A program made the translations under genes and the position numbers. From assembly GCA_021162205.1 (NCBI GenBank), contig JAGGZE010000100.1, positions 587 through 64,586 of the forward strand: 64,000 nucleotides of DNA. Direction: 5' to 3'. This DNA comes from a bacterium. Its GTDB lineage: Bacteria > UBP14 > UBA6098 > B30-G16. The notes beneath the pieces were generated by a model. It did not search any database. It saw nothing but the letters and a program-made list of their open reading frames with translations, and had not been told where the DNA came from. Shown piece by piece: positions 15,001 through 21,573 of this stretch (its first letter is position 1; the number at the start of each line of letters is the position of its first letter).

Positions 15001-17877
15001 GGCAATCCTGTCGAGGATGGCACTGTGGTGCATTTCAGCGTCGACCCATCGGATATGGGAGTCGTTTGGTCGGTAGCTGTTACCGCCGATACAGGAAGAT
15101 GTAAAACGCTATTCCAGGCCGGAACACAACCTGGAATTGTAGCGATTCACGCGACCGCTGGCGGCGCCGATGGAACATGTGTTATCGAACTTGTGCCTCC
15201 AGATGTAGCTTCTATCGAACTTTCGGTTGCAGACCATTATCTTCCCGGCGATGGTATATCCAGCACACAAGTCACTGCGATTGTATTCGATACGCTCGGA
15301 CTTCCAGCACCGAATGGCACAGGGGTTCATTTCGCTGTTACGGATAGTTCTGTCCCTGCAAATCTATTCCCTGCCTGGGCACAGACAATCGATGGTATAG
15401 CCAATGTTCAGTTAATCGCTCCGACTGATATTGGAGTTTGCTCGGTATATGCTTATATCGATACAGGAGACACCCCTTGGGTTATGAGCGATACGGAATT
15501 AGTTTATTTCGAAGGCGGCGACCCACAAGCTATCGTATTCAATCCGCCGACATTTACACTTCCAGCCGATGGTGCCACCGATACAGTCGGCACACTCACT
15601 GTAATCGATAGATATGGCAACCCGATAGGTGCAAGACCTGTTAGTATGACATTGGATTTAGGCAGAATCAGCCCAGCAACAGTTGTTACCGATACATCGG
15701 GTCGTGGAGTATTTCAGATAACATCTTCGATACATATCGGCGATGGTATGATTCAAGCTACAGCGGACCCTGCCATAGGATATATGAATATTCATTATAC
15801 CGCTGTTCCAATCGATACGATACTCGTTTTCGCTACACCATCGAGATTGCCAGCCGATGGAACGAGCCAATCTACTGTTACAGCGATTGTGATGGATTCG
15901 CTGGGAAGATTGTGTTCGGATGGAATGAGTGTGTATTTCTATACCGATAACGGATTTATTACTCCGCACGATACGACTATGGGAGGGCAAGCTCACGCTA
16001 CACTGACGGCGGTGGATACTGTTTGCACTGCTACGGTTACAGTTGTATGCCAAACCGAAAGCGCCTATGTAAATGTGATTTTCACTGCGGGGGTGCCAGA
16101 TACGATTATAGTTACATTCTCACAAGATATGGATACTGTTGGAAGCGGAACGATGGATTCGATTTCTGGCTTGGTTCTCGATACGCTTGGAAATAATGTG
16201 GGTGCTGGTGCGCTCGTCGAACTATGGCTTTCCACAGATATAGCAGGTTCGGATACTTGCGGTAGTGGCGGCGAACCGTGTAGTCTCGGAACAATCGGCG
16301 ATATTACCATCCTGACAGATTCCAATGGTCAATTTAGCACACAGTTCACACCTGGAACAAAAGCTGGTATTGTTTGGATTCAGGCGAGGTCTGGTAGTGC
16401 GATAGGAAAAGATTATATGATTCTCGAACCCGAGATTGCGCATACTGAAAGTCTCGATGTCGATAGGAATCATATATATGTGCGTGGGTCGGGAAATATC
16501 GACCAGGCAATTTTGACCGCATATATATTGGATAGATATAGCAATCCTGTGAAAGACAGCACGAAAATTATTTTCTGGTGCACGAATTATCCGGGTGGAG
16601 CAGACCCGAATCGTCAGCCATCTATCGAACCGGAACATCCAACATCGGGGCAACTTTATTCCGATACGATTTACACTCTTAACGGGCGAGGCAATGTTAC
16701 GGTTCGTGCGGGGAAAGCATCCGGTGTTGTGGTTGTTCGAGCGGAATTATTCGATGGCTCGGGACTAATTTCCGAATCGCCGCGTATCTCTATTTCCAGC
16801 GGACTGCCATACAATATCTCGATGTCGGTAAGAGATTGTAATATTGCAGGATGGCTTGTCGATGGTCTTCAGGATACTGTAATGGCTATTGTTTCGGATT
16901 CTATGGATAATCCCTGTCCGAATACTGCTGTATATTTGACCTGCGACGAAGGTATTGTTACGGGTTCTGCTGTTACCGATAGCAATGGTATCGCTTATGG
17001 AATATGGTTCTCCGCCGACCCGAGAGATACGAACGGCTATCCGACAGCAGGGCGCATTATGGTCGAGGGAAGAACTCGCGGCGATTCATCGGCAACTTGC
17101 CATGGCGATTCCGGCTGGGTTTGCGACAGCACGATGTTCTATAATTCAGGACCCGCCGAATCGGTATATGTAACAGTTTCACCGAACTCTATCAATGCCG
17201 ATGGTGTCAGCACCGCCGATATTGTTGCGTTGGTATTCGACCACAATAGAAATCCTGTTGTCGATAGCTCGAATGTTCATCTTTTGACTAATCTCGGTTC
17301 GGTTACCGACCCGATTACAACTTATAACGAATGTTTCGGCAGTCGCGCCGATGGCGTATATACCAGCACCACTCTCGACCAGGATGATTACTGCGCAGAC
17401 CCGCGTGGTAGAACTGCAACAATAAGCGCTCTCGCCGGTTTCGCCGCAGGTTCCGATAATGTGGATTTGATGAATTCAGACCCGAGTCCAGAAAATTCCG
17501 GTGTAACTGCACCGGGTTCGGTTCCAGTAGGTGGTGATTTCAGCGCTGTGGTAACCGTAAAGGATATTTGGGGTAATCCACTTTGCGGCGAATCCGTAAC
17601 ATTAATTAGCGCAGTCGGTGCGACTGTTACTGGAAGTCCTGGAGTTACAAATAATTCGGGTATCGTTTCATTCAATGTAATAGCTGCTACCGATACTGTC
17701 GATATAAACGATGTGCTGACAGCAAGGTTCGGTTTGTGCGCCGTTTGGACAGAAGTTACATATGCCTCGGGCAAGGGAGTATTTACACCGGATACTTCGA
17801 GTTCCGCCGGAAGTGATAATCGAACACCGATGTATATCGAGTATCGGGATAGTTTGATAAATAAACCGAGTGAATAG
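1..17877 (+). CDS. Giant secreted adhesin-like protein made of tandem bacterial Ig-like (Big_1/invasin-type) domains. It is 5'-partial: frame 1 is open from nt 1 to the first ATG at 115.
   Basis: A 5,920-aa ORF with no stop in frame between nt 1 and 115. It contains dozens of ~95-aa repeats with the motif 'ADG.S...TA.V.D.(Y/F)GNPV..GT.V.F.T.LG'. Confidence 0.8.
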   Translation, partial: VYFTIVADTISATSTTDKDTLWRASQGGVSPSTPGTACMDFFLPSNSVGLTVVVTVVGYDEYSKYRTFTVITGTEYNILLMQLDSNSVTVGSGQVGITVWVKDVFGQPVQNEFVCFTSLNPTLGVMADSCLFSDNAGMCTTSFIIGTKSGIDTICATDHAGISVCGHIILNPAVANTESLFADAYHIYRCGSGLYDQTDIIAQIYDRYWNPVRNGTSVIFSIDTFTFMDSCSNNPSDSCYPCPGLEPEHPTLGRLYSDTVYTTTDSTGSYATVKLKAGYLSGVVRLRCDVLDGSGTVAWSSLLNISSGQPHYISLSARPPGSSIWEAGDPMQNYYSSPIDYAMWGACTQDSMPLEIMAVVSDEFNNPIPSTSVWFTATSGVVGGWPGSPSIAINTDSTGIGTTYWFSSDRRELDSCFVMIKAYSAETSVADSLFFYLRYLDGTLCCNPCDLVNIISATAIPDTIEGSGTDSSTIAVQLVYSSLPLTNYQVQFRTRHGWLSSNIDTTNESGIATVYYSAINPSPSTFADTITAIAGDSCAIAYIPVYVSPAAVALNITLIADDYNPTVGGQEVELTGMIRDIGGVPITIPLPISWSIMTDTLIAPPEVGDFVSYSVYSDTLGLFSAVFETGNLAGVITINAIVAGSGTASVNLNILPATVILAADNYNPEVGGVVVHLNGSITDYLGDPVRTPAPVNWSLILPDSSIAPIEMGHLDSLSMASDTNGTFKGVYISGTTNGEVGVVAEVAGIGSDTVWLNVQSGPPAGITLNISPDTDTVGGLVPDTISGCVVDGYGNPVEFSGVVNLWLAYDAAGDSVCYPCSYGSIEPTGVIPDSTGCFTALFSPGVTSGLIWIHALADSAHGVTSITLIPQLARTESLAVSLNHIRTCGNAPYQSEVTTYVFDQFGNAVADLTPIIFAIDTFSYMDACTTWDDSCLSPCPRLIPSSSVLGPLFSDTIYTIDGLARATLKAGSVSGVVRVAAYVMDGSGEVAYSQMINISSGDVQEISISARKRSPIDTLTGHLCISVPPYTCEYCSWTYDWWSGDPDIDGYAPQLNMPSGWVLDGDTCNSLWIQVRISVSDTFGNPIPSATIHLSCDEGVIGGYPYGPVDSVALTDTNGLAYTYWYAADPRVDGQVWIKAHSSDISVGDSLWFYLLDTLGIPPYDTVEQEVIYVVPDTVFGDGLSTVDILCRVMRNGNPLPNYPVYFYADTGMIGSPVFSDSIGYARTTYYSGLNHNPGVITTDSITMIAGIDTAYFPIFLLPIDPVRPYVAYILFDLQPDNISVGDSAVLSGLILDGLGYPVRLPVPVYFALHQDSFPAPLNMGIISPGYTYTSSDAATYGQFSTLFRSGSQAGNLWLLMTAIQGADTVIDSVMIHITGSSPQTISVVPTSAYLEADGRSNMQVVATVQDMYGNPVEGVTVDFSTTLGQMNPATAITNENGQASTILISGTETGTAVITATCEGRVGTAEVEFVSATVHFIILDVEPSRLPADGISSAAVTADIRDQYGQPISDGTIVSYRCLTPTHIPIGNIDTIGVTSTGISTVNLTAPTTATSAWVFATAMSHIESVYVEFTAGDVYSLEISSLPDTIPADGLSQSDISVRAYDQYGNPVESGNRIDYAATLGELLFDHSFTDDTGFTQTVLTSARTTGSSQITASSGDVEAITVVYFSPITAQSIVVMSDSVHLCADGISSTNIRALVFDSLGGAVPDGTPVSFSTDLGILIPGYAYTDSGEVVVLLRAPTTPGIATIIADAGDGIIGTTYVEFIAGSPASISMSVSPNILPADGDTTAIISGTVYDENANPIGAGFEVQFQTTLGSVDLLTYTDSVGSFSIIYHAGITPGTAIIGATCESAHGQAYIDIIPTDAEELYITIDPNELTADSRSTAVVSGRVTNTLGNPVADGTPVRLEIHCADTLGCDAFGEVMPITVPTDSGDFNATFIAGTRVGRVWIIASVGTVIDSAFVNLKPGEVDSIAVDANPNIISADSFSYSLIAANLFDVYGNAVGSGVDVNFSTTNGTILPEHTTTNSSGYASALLISSRMPGVARVQVSSGSAIGEDTVVFSESGAGLVIVTISPSQIIADGVSFAIVTAQITDTLGNPISDGIPVMFSEIVDTATGADTLGVLVPSIAYTSDGEATVQFRARTQKGIATVRACIDSLHCGEGIVEFIAGNGDSIEIYSADSMLPADGVSFTEITAIVYDRYGNLVEGGRSVLFATTSGGVAPATAPTNSAGQAKAILTSSDNPGIAWVTSQCEDGYATIPVEFGLAEPVFLAVNANPRRIAADGISTSAITARLINAVGEPVVEGTMIIFHAFDSLGNPFGDIDTLATTSAGQAQVTLTAPTQIGVAYVTAAYYGDIDTLIDTTTVTYTPGPPAGIDIFVAPETLYANDTVTADIRIVVVDLYGNPVEPGQNISISSDNGTIFPTTAYTGDTVVCTYYPGSVAGRATINVSCGSIVNSAVIELLTPSIAYLVVFADSSSLVANGSSVSEIHIIAQDALGHPVADNTPVYLTTTAGLVFPGIAYTNGGEAVVSLRSGTVAPDTAVIIVSAGVEAETVYVPLIPGPPAMIDIIPNSTSLFADGEDTTTVRAYVTDAHGNWVNEGTNVRFSTSLGTIDSLTLTTAVAETTGFASARFRAGIIPGSALITVTSGTAISQTIIGLIPTDVGNIYLTVDPNELIADSRSTAVVSGRVTNTLGNPITDGTPVGLEVHCADTLGCNGFGEIVPITVHTDSGNFDAEFIAGTRVGRIWVVASVDTIADSAFVDLIPGEPDSVALTIVPNTLPADSFSNATVTANLYDRFGNPVESGVTVNFSTSLGEIDPTNTTTNSSGRATTHLTSGRTPGIALVRASSGSAAGEDTAIFTQTGAQLVVVTIDPAQIVADGINSAIVSAQISDSLGNPVSDGMPVMFVQIVDTAAGEDTLGLLVPSIGFTDSGVATIHFRAGTETGRATIQACVDTAHCGIGFIDLIAGTADSIILVSADTVLPADGVSMTTMSADIYDRYGNSVEGGRSVAFNTTLGQIYPSTAPTSSGGQANAILTSSADPGLAWITAQCEDAYASVMVDFGMMPPVFLSINASPRRITADGISTSTITAHLINSVGAPVPDGTMIFFHSVDSTGAPFGDIDTIATTINGDASVILTAETQIGVAYVSAIWYNATDTLTDTVTVTFTPGAVAMVQVTADRETLYANDTLTARVTIVVTDVFGNMVEPGQAVAISVDNGDIFPTTGYTGDTIICTYYPGSVAGRAVITAECGGFVGSEVIELLTQIIANLVIYSDSAFLIANGTSTTGIHIVAQDSLGHPVADNTPVYVTTTTGITFPGVTYTSGGEAAVTLRSSTHSPDTAIVIGTAGSASDTISIVFIAGPPALINLVPARNVLWADGEDTTMVRAYITDIHGNWVDEGEIVGFSTNLGIVDSFDVTHAVVGTTGYAQTMFRSGIEPGAALVTANCGDATGITRITLDPTNVGEIGIFASPDIIVADGHQTSDITGFVRNSLGNPISDGTQVRLRVSPDSLGNISPVSVYTDSGNFSATFTAATVVGSVWVVMNVGGDTDSVAIELAPGQPHIITMNPIIGTIYADSSSVDTIAVVVTDRYSNRVHGGVSINFTTTLGEIFPVSNETNSAGSTYVFIRSGYNVGVARVVGRIDSARGECSVIIQTTQPNIIALSVDPHTLMADGFSTTLLTATVLDTFGHPISDGTPVTFSVDDSTYGLIFPGIAYTTSGQATSTFRAAVQKGHPVLKAETSPTNYDSVVITLTAGNPASVVMTAIPGTLSANGMDQSDIDVQVFDEWLNPVDAGQSVSFNSTLGQILFPTLLTDDSGHTNTVLQAGSVPGNCQVSAQCSGVYDVINVTFSRSGVNTIILTANPPELVVDGISSSAITAQIFDANGSPVTDNTKIYFWSSDPLAGTVISPRFTSGGQVVTEFIAGTSIGTGQVWIFSSDTDTVVAAHPIDSVRIGLKPGQPAYINVWTDTSHTPHDTLYADGNDGIWVFAQVFDAYGNHINGGQNVGFQTTMGRFSPISAMTDTTGTARAYIQSGLDIGTATITITCGSAMGFLGVEMIQTTVAGLLLTPDKLVLVADGTDVATITATVFAPGGTRVSNNTIVHFYADTDWVHLLPENTYTDSGEASITVRADTVATSSIRIHAYATTTAGDTSDTASLNFRIDPGPAARMNITVSDSAIPADGATGSLIDVFVYDRYSNPIIAGSTVRFNTTLGVITTVSFTDTLGHSSALLTSGTETGNAVVTITAGDITGFTQVSFYELTTDELIMTINPIQLPADGVSSATITVHAYDSLGFPSSDGSRVAFYQHDTTSGFIKGIIAPHIAYTVDGIVTVTLTAPVKKGWGRIYAYADTVGSAVVDSFDVQYLAGEPAIIQFDTTNFSNFEASGMYFDVPVIIEDAYGNPVDVGTEVTFTTTRGDIQTPAVVSNDTGGTVTYISSHETGPAVITAHSGSAVATAHCNFNEIEGDWMMIIANPYIITADGASHSTITATLMDTSGGIFIPVSDGVPVQFMVIGPGILSSSIAFTSGGQASVTLTAGTIADTTQIFALAISASGDTLSDTVNVFLQPGPASIVEFIDSFFHPLPANGADTEQVWIKVMDAFGNGVIRGTPVSFSTNLGDITPNSATDDSGFAWAILTASSTPGVATISASCGGAAGYATIAMQELTADSIILAVYPREIIADGVSTSELTSVVFHGDLPVSDGTIVRFSASRGITRPAIAYTSSGVATSQLVSSVSPDTVFIAAISGTVADTDTVYLVPGPPTRMTIESTPDSVLVANGNDTLRVNVQVFDDYSNPVGSGQLVTFGSTIGIITPNAYTDSVGQASVILSSEYEAGWAQITGTCGSATASMLIQFIPDSIGQVILAVNPIELTADGGSTADVTVTVLDINDHPIADGTPVLFSGLNLGLISPPVVTTTDGSASATLTSFTLIGMDTIIASCGSVVDSVNLSFVAGPPANIVLIPNNNFLISDGTDTTTVTATVTDAAGNPVEDGTVVHFSVDPSDMGVVWSVAVTADTGRCKTLFQAGTQPGIVAIHATAGGADGTCVIELVPPDVASIELSVADHYLPGDGISSTQVTAIVFDTLGLPAPNGTGVHFAVTDSSVPANLFPAWAQTIDGIANVQLIAPTDIGVCSVYAYIDTGDTPWVMSDTELVYFEGGDPQAIVFNPPTFTLPADGATDTVGTLTVIDRYGNPIGARPVSMTLDLGRISPATVVTDTSGRGVFQITSSIHIGDGMIQATADPAIGYMNIHYTAVPIDTILVFATPSRLPADGTSQSTVTAIVMDSLGRLCSDGMSVYFYTDNGFITPHDTTMGGQAHATLTAVDTVCTATVTVVCQTESAYVNVIFTAGVPDTIIVTFSQDMDTVGSGTMDSISGLVLDTLGNNVGAGALVELWLSTDIAGSDTCGSGGEPCSLGTIGDITILTDSNGQFSTQFTPGTKAGIVWIQARSGSAIGKDYMILEPEIAHTESLDVDRNHIYVRGSGNIDQAILTAYILDRYSNPVKDSTKIIFWCTNYPGGADPNRQPSIEPEHPTSGQLYSDTIYTLNGRGNVTVRAGKASGVVVVRAELFDGSGLISESPRISISSGLPYNISMSVRDCNIAGWLVDGLQDTVMAIVSDSMDNPCPNTAVYLTCDEGIVTGSAVTDSNGIAYGIWFSADPRDTNGYPTAGRIMVEGRTRGDSSATCHGDSGWVCDSTMFYNSGPAESVYVTVSPNSINADGVSTADIVALVFDHNRNPVVDSSNVHLLTNLGSVTDPITTYNECFGSRADGVYTSTTLDQDDYCADPRGRTATISALAGFAAGSDNVDLMNSDPSPENSGVTAPGSVPVGGDFSAVVTVKDIWGNPLCGESVTLISAVGATVTGSPGVTNNSGIVSFNVIAATDTVDINDVLTARFGLCAVWTEVTYASGKGVFTPDTSSSAGSDNRTPMYIEYRDSLINKPSE
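5611..10398 (+). repeat. Intragenic tandem segmental duplication in the giant gene: two ~2.4-kb units (about 800 aa, 8 Ig-like domains each), 5611-8016 and 8017-10398, then a diverged partial third copy from ~10399.
   Basis: Both units begin with '(T/V)DPNEL(T/I)ADSRSTAVVSGRVTNTLGNP' and stay colinear for about 800 aa. DNA identity is roughly 75-80% by eye. Confidence 0.85.
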
Positions 17878-17950
17878 TTGCATAAAAAATTTAAATGAGT
17901 AAATTATTCGAGTAATATCATTTGGGAAGTATAGTGAAAGGATGGTCTAA

Positions 17951-18754
17951 ATGAAAATCGCATCGTTTTTGATAGGGATATGTATTATATTTGCAGGGAC
18001 GATTTTTGCTGTGCCTTTTGGAAATCCCGCCGACCTTCCACCGAAAGGCAAAATCGAAATATCCGCGAATGTCTCGAAACAATTCCTTTTCACAAGAAAC
18101 GATGCATACTCGAATAAATATGTCGCACATCAACTATTTTTGAAATTGGGTTATACGCCATTTAAATGGATTATGTTGAGCGGTTATCTCGGTGGCTCCG
18201 ATGCCGACTGGCATTGGAAACCGAATCAGATTCCCGATGAAATATTTCTCGATGGAAGCTGGGAACTCACTCCCGGCGCTGAAATTAAAATTCTACCGCC
18301 TGTGAAATTCTCTGGTGGAGGATTTAAGTGGCATATATTTGCCGAAGCGAAATATCTATTTTTACGAAGTCGCTATCCTGAATATACTTTACCAAGCGGT
18401 CTATGGAGATTGAAAATGATATCGAAAATTAATCAATTCGAGATGGGTGGTTTTGTTGTAGGATATTATCGAAAATTCGACATATCCGTATATGGCGGGC
18501 TATGTGGAAGATATGTCTCGGCAGATGCGGTTTATACTGCTACTTCATTTCAAGGCTCTGTTTATAAGGATGTTATGATGATGGGAAGTTCGTTCGGCAA
18601 CCAGAGTATTTTGACTATGGCATTTTTCCCGATTATTGGATTGAATTGGCATTTATCGGATAATTTGGCATTGGATTTCGAGGCGAGTCTGCTGAATTTA
18701 GAAAAATCGGGACCTTTGGTCGGTTTGTCATTGGGAATTTCTAATTATAAATAA
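17951..18754 (+). CDS. Hypothetical secreted protein, possibly a small outer-membrane beta-barrel.
   Basis: N-terminal signal peptide MKIASFLIGICIIFAGTIFA, alternating hydrophobic/polar strands, and an RBS 'aaggatgg'. Confidence 0.4.
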   Translation: MKIASFLIGICIIFAGTIFAVPFGNPADLPPKGKIEISANVSKQFLFTRNDAYSNKYVAHQLFLKLGYTPFKWIMLSGYLGGSDADWHWKPNQIPDEIFLDGSWELTPGAEIKILPPVKFSGGGFKWHIFAEAKYLFLRSRYPEYTLPSGLWRLKMISKINQFEMGGFVVGYYRKFDISVYGGLCGRYVSADAVYTATSFQGSVYKDVMMMGSSFGNQSILTMAFFPIIGLNWHLSDNLALDFEASLLNLEKSGPLVGLSLGISNYK

Positions 18755-18986
18755 TATGGATTTGAAAAAATAATCGCATATTTTCGGTTTGATTCTATAT
18801 GGAATAAGGGAAAAGCACAGTGGAATTCGAGCATTCCTTATGGAATTGTAGCAACTCTTGTGTTTGTCCTTACGACACCCGCGCATATTTATCTAAACGC
18901 CCGATTTTAAAAATAGCAGATGGAAATCGCAAAACAATTCTCAATTTTTTGTTGAGTTATTCATTTTTTCTGCTTATATAAGCAAT

Positions 18987-21374
18987 ATGTTTAATTCCCG
19001 GAATAAATTCATAGTTTCGATTATTTTCATAATCGGTTTTTCGGTTCTCTGTGCGAAAAACTCGGATTATTCGCTCTGGCTCGAACTCACACCCGAAAAT
19101 TCTCGGCAGATGGCGCAATGGGCTGAATCTGAATATGATGGGAATAATCTCGACAATGCGATTCGTATTTATAAAACTTTACTCGATAATGAGAATGTCG
19201 ATGTGCGGAATTGGTCTGCACTTTGGCTTGGAATAATCGATTCATCCTTTGCGAAAGATATAGATTTTTTACCGAATTCAGATTGGGGAACTTTTTTCTG
19301 CGCGGTTAAAATTAAAAAAAATAATCCCGACAGTGCATTGACACTTCTGTCGCAAATTGTCGATTCATCGAAACAGGATATCGCAATTTTGCTCGCTAAA
19401 TATTGGATTGGAATAATATATCGGGAAAGTGAGATGGCTTTCCGAAAATGGACAGAAATTTTAGATGAATATCCCAAAAATTTTCTCGCTGGTGAATTGT
19501 ATTATCGGCTCGGTAAAATTCGATTCGATTCTGGAGATTATGTAGGAACATCAAATTTTCTTTCGCAGGCAATCGATTTTTATAATTCGAGTCTCTGGAA
19601 AGATAGGCAGTGGTGGTCCGATGAGGCATATTATCTGCTCGCAGTGTCGGAGATACGGCAGAATAATCTCGATTCTGCATCTGCGGTTTATAATAAATTC
19701 GATTCTGGATTTAATGAGAACAAATATCTGTCTCGCATCGGGATTTTGCTTTCGGCTTATGGTGACAATCCCGAATCGGCACTCGACCTCGACAGTCTTC
19801 CGCCATCGGTTAAAACCGACCTGCTTATGCGTGGTGCCTGGTCTGCGATGGATAGAAAAAAATACCGCAAAGCCATGCACAATTTTTTAGATGCTTATTC
19901 TATCGAGCAATCCGACGATGCGGTTATTTTTGCAGCGGAATGCGCATATAAATTGAAAGATTATGTGACCGCAGAGACATTGTATCAAAAAATTGCAGAT
20001 GCTCGATTGAAAAAATATGCACAATGGGGACTCGGATGGACAGAATCGAGATTGGAAAGTTATGCGCAGGCTCGGGAAATTTGGAGCGGTTTGCTCGATG
20101 ATAGCACATTCACCGACGATGCCGAATTTGCGATTGCGAAAAGTTATTATTATCAGCGTTCGCTCGATTCCGCTCAGATAAAATTTGTGGATTATATTCA
20201 AAATTTCACTATTCATTATAACGAGGCATTATTTTTGCTTTATTTTTCGCAGATGGAAAATGGCGATACTGCAAAGGCAATCGAGACAGCGATTTCATAT
20301 CTTCGGAAATATCCATCGGGCAAAAAAAGTGAGTTATTGGCATACAATGCCGCAACCGCTATGTTCGAGCGCGGCAGTTTCAGTGCTGTAGTAGATTGGG
20401 TGGACAGTTTTTCTATTTCGTTCGATAAAGAATTAGGCGATTCACTCGTTTTACTGGCGGAACGAGCCAGATATAAGCTCGGCGATTATAACGACCCGAT
20501 TCAGATACTCACAGGTTTTATCGAGCGTAGACCTAATAGTCCATTAGGACCGCAGCTTGCCGTTAATATGGGAATGCAATTCGAGCAAGTTCATAAATGG
20601 CAGGATGCTATCTATGTATATTCGAAGGCGAAAGAATCGACGCTTCCAGGGGATACTGTATGGTGTGAGGCAATGGTCGGTATTATTCATTCCGCACTCA
20701 ATATCGGCGATACAGCGGTTGCAGGCAGCGCACTCGTATCATTATCTGCCGATGGTGAAATGCCCTGGAAAGCACTCGGGAAAATCTATTATGCAAAATG
20801 GGTATGGAAAAATTTGGGAAACTCCGAGCAGGCGATTTCTCTCTACGACGATGTTATAAATTCGAAAGATGCTGGTGTTCTTGTGGATTCGGCGACACTC
20901 GACCTTGCCGGGATTTATATCTCGGCGCAAATGTTTCCCGAAGCTCGCAAAATTCTCGAAGATAGATGGAACTCGATTACTCACGACGATACTATGGCAA
21001 TGGTCTACATAAAAGTGATAAGCGCGGCTATATGGGAATCTGGCGAGCCCGATTCCGCTGTGGATTTTGCGATAAATTATGCCGACAGTGCGGTTCTACC
21101 TTGCGATGTTTTATATGGAATTGGTTCGCTTATCACAACGGATGGCAGGTCGGAACTTGCCGGCAAAATTATGGATAAAATGAATCTCTACGGTTGCTCA
21201 AATTTACCGGCGCCTTTTTTGCTGCAAATGGGTGAATATATGATTCAACTCGAAAGAATCCCGGATGCCTGCAGCTTATTCGCGATAGTTTTATCATCCC
21301 ATTCCGATGATTCGCTTGGTGAAGTTGCCCGTGAAAGACTCAAAGTTTTTTCCACGCAAAAGGATACACAATAG
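18987..21374 (+). CDS. Tetratricopeptide (TPR) repeat protein with signal peptide.
   Basis: 795 aa with a hydrophobic N-terminus and repeated TPR-like 34-aa helical units (W/Y...LG......A......A). Confidence 0.6.
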   Translation: MFNSRNKFIVSIIFIIGFSVLCAKNSDYSLWLELTPENSRQMAQWAESEYDGNNLDNAIRIYKTLLDNENVDVRNWSALWLGIIDSSFAKDIDFLPNSDWGTFFCAVKIKKNNPDSALTLLSQIVDSSKQDIAILLAKYWIGIIYRESEMAFRKWTEILDEYPKNFLAGELYYRLGKIRFDSGDYVGTSNFLSQAIDFYNSSLWKDRQWWSDEAYYLLAVSEIRQNNLDSASAVYNKFDSGFNENKYLSRIGILLSAYGDNPESALDLDSLPPSVKTDLLMRGAWSAMDRKKYRKAMHNFLDAYSIEQSDDAVIFAAECAYKLKDYVTAETLYQKIADARLKKYAQWGLGWTESRLESYAQAREIWSGLLDDSTFTDDAEFAIAKSYYYQRSLDSAQIKFVDYIQNFTIHYNEALFLLYFSQMENGDTAKAIETAISYLRKYPSGKKSELLAYNAATAMFERGSFSAVVDWVDSFSISFDKELGDSLVLLAERARYKLGDYNDPIQILTGFIERRPNSPLGPQLAVNMGMQFEQVHKWQDAIYVYSKAKESTLPGDTVWCEAMVGIIHSALNIGDTAVAGSALVSLSADGEMPWKALGKIYYAKWVWKNLGNSEQAISLYDDVINSKDAGVLVDSATLDLAGIYISAQMFPEARKILEDRWNSITHDDTMAMVYIKVISAAIWESGEPDSAVDFAINYADSAVLPCDVLYGIGSLITTDGRSELAGKIMDKMNLYGCSNLPAPFLLQMGEYMIQLERIPDACSLFAIVLSSHSDDSLGEVARERLKVFSTQKDTQ

Positions 21375-21573
21375 GGAATAATCGTCTATTTTTTTTCGTT
21401 TTTTCATCTGTGGAATAGTATAATCTGGTGTCGAAACTACCCGGCACAAAATATTTAAATTTATCTCGCTCGAAAAAAAAATAATAACTCGGGAAAAAAC
21501 GACTATCTTATTAGAAAAATATTGTCTTTATTATTCATCGGCTATATTATCAAAGAAATTTGGAGGATATTAT

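Noticed and set aside
115-17877. Numerous 60-250-aa ORFs on the minus strand and in alternative plus frames overlapping the giant gene (for example 9916-10539 and 12820-13569).
   Set aside because: They lie entirely within a high-confidence repetitive CDS, have no RBS or conserved motifs, and are the expected by-product of a long low-complexity repeat gene.
17500-17877. A T9SS C-terminal sorting domain at the end of the giant adhesin.
   Set aside because: The last 100 aa ('...FGLCAVWTEVTYASGKGVFTPDTSSSAGSDNRTPMYIEYRDSLINKPSE') lack both the type A (PNPF...WDG...G.Y) and type B (TPNGDG.ND) signatures and look like another Ig-like domain.
21375-21573. A TPP riboswitch upstream of thiE.
   Set aside because: No CUGAGA / ACCUGAUCUGGAUAAUGCCAGCG-like core could be found; the leader is AT-rich with no conserved aptamer stems.
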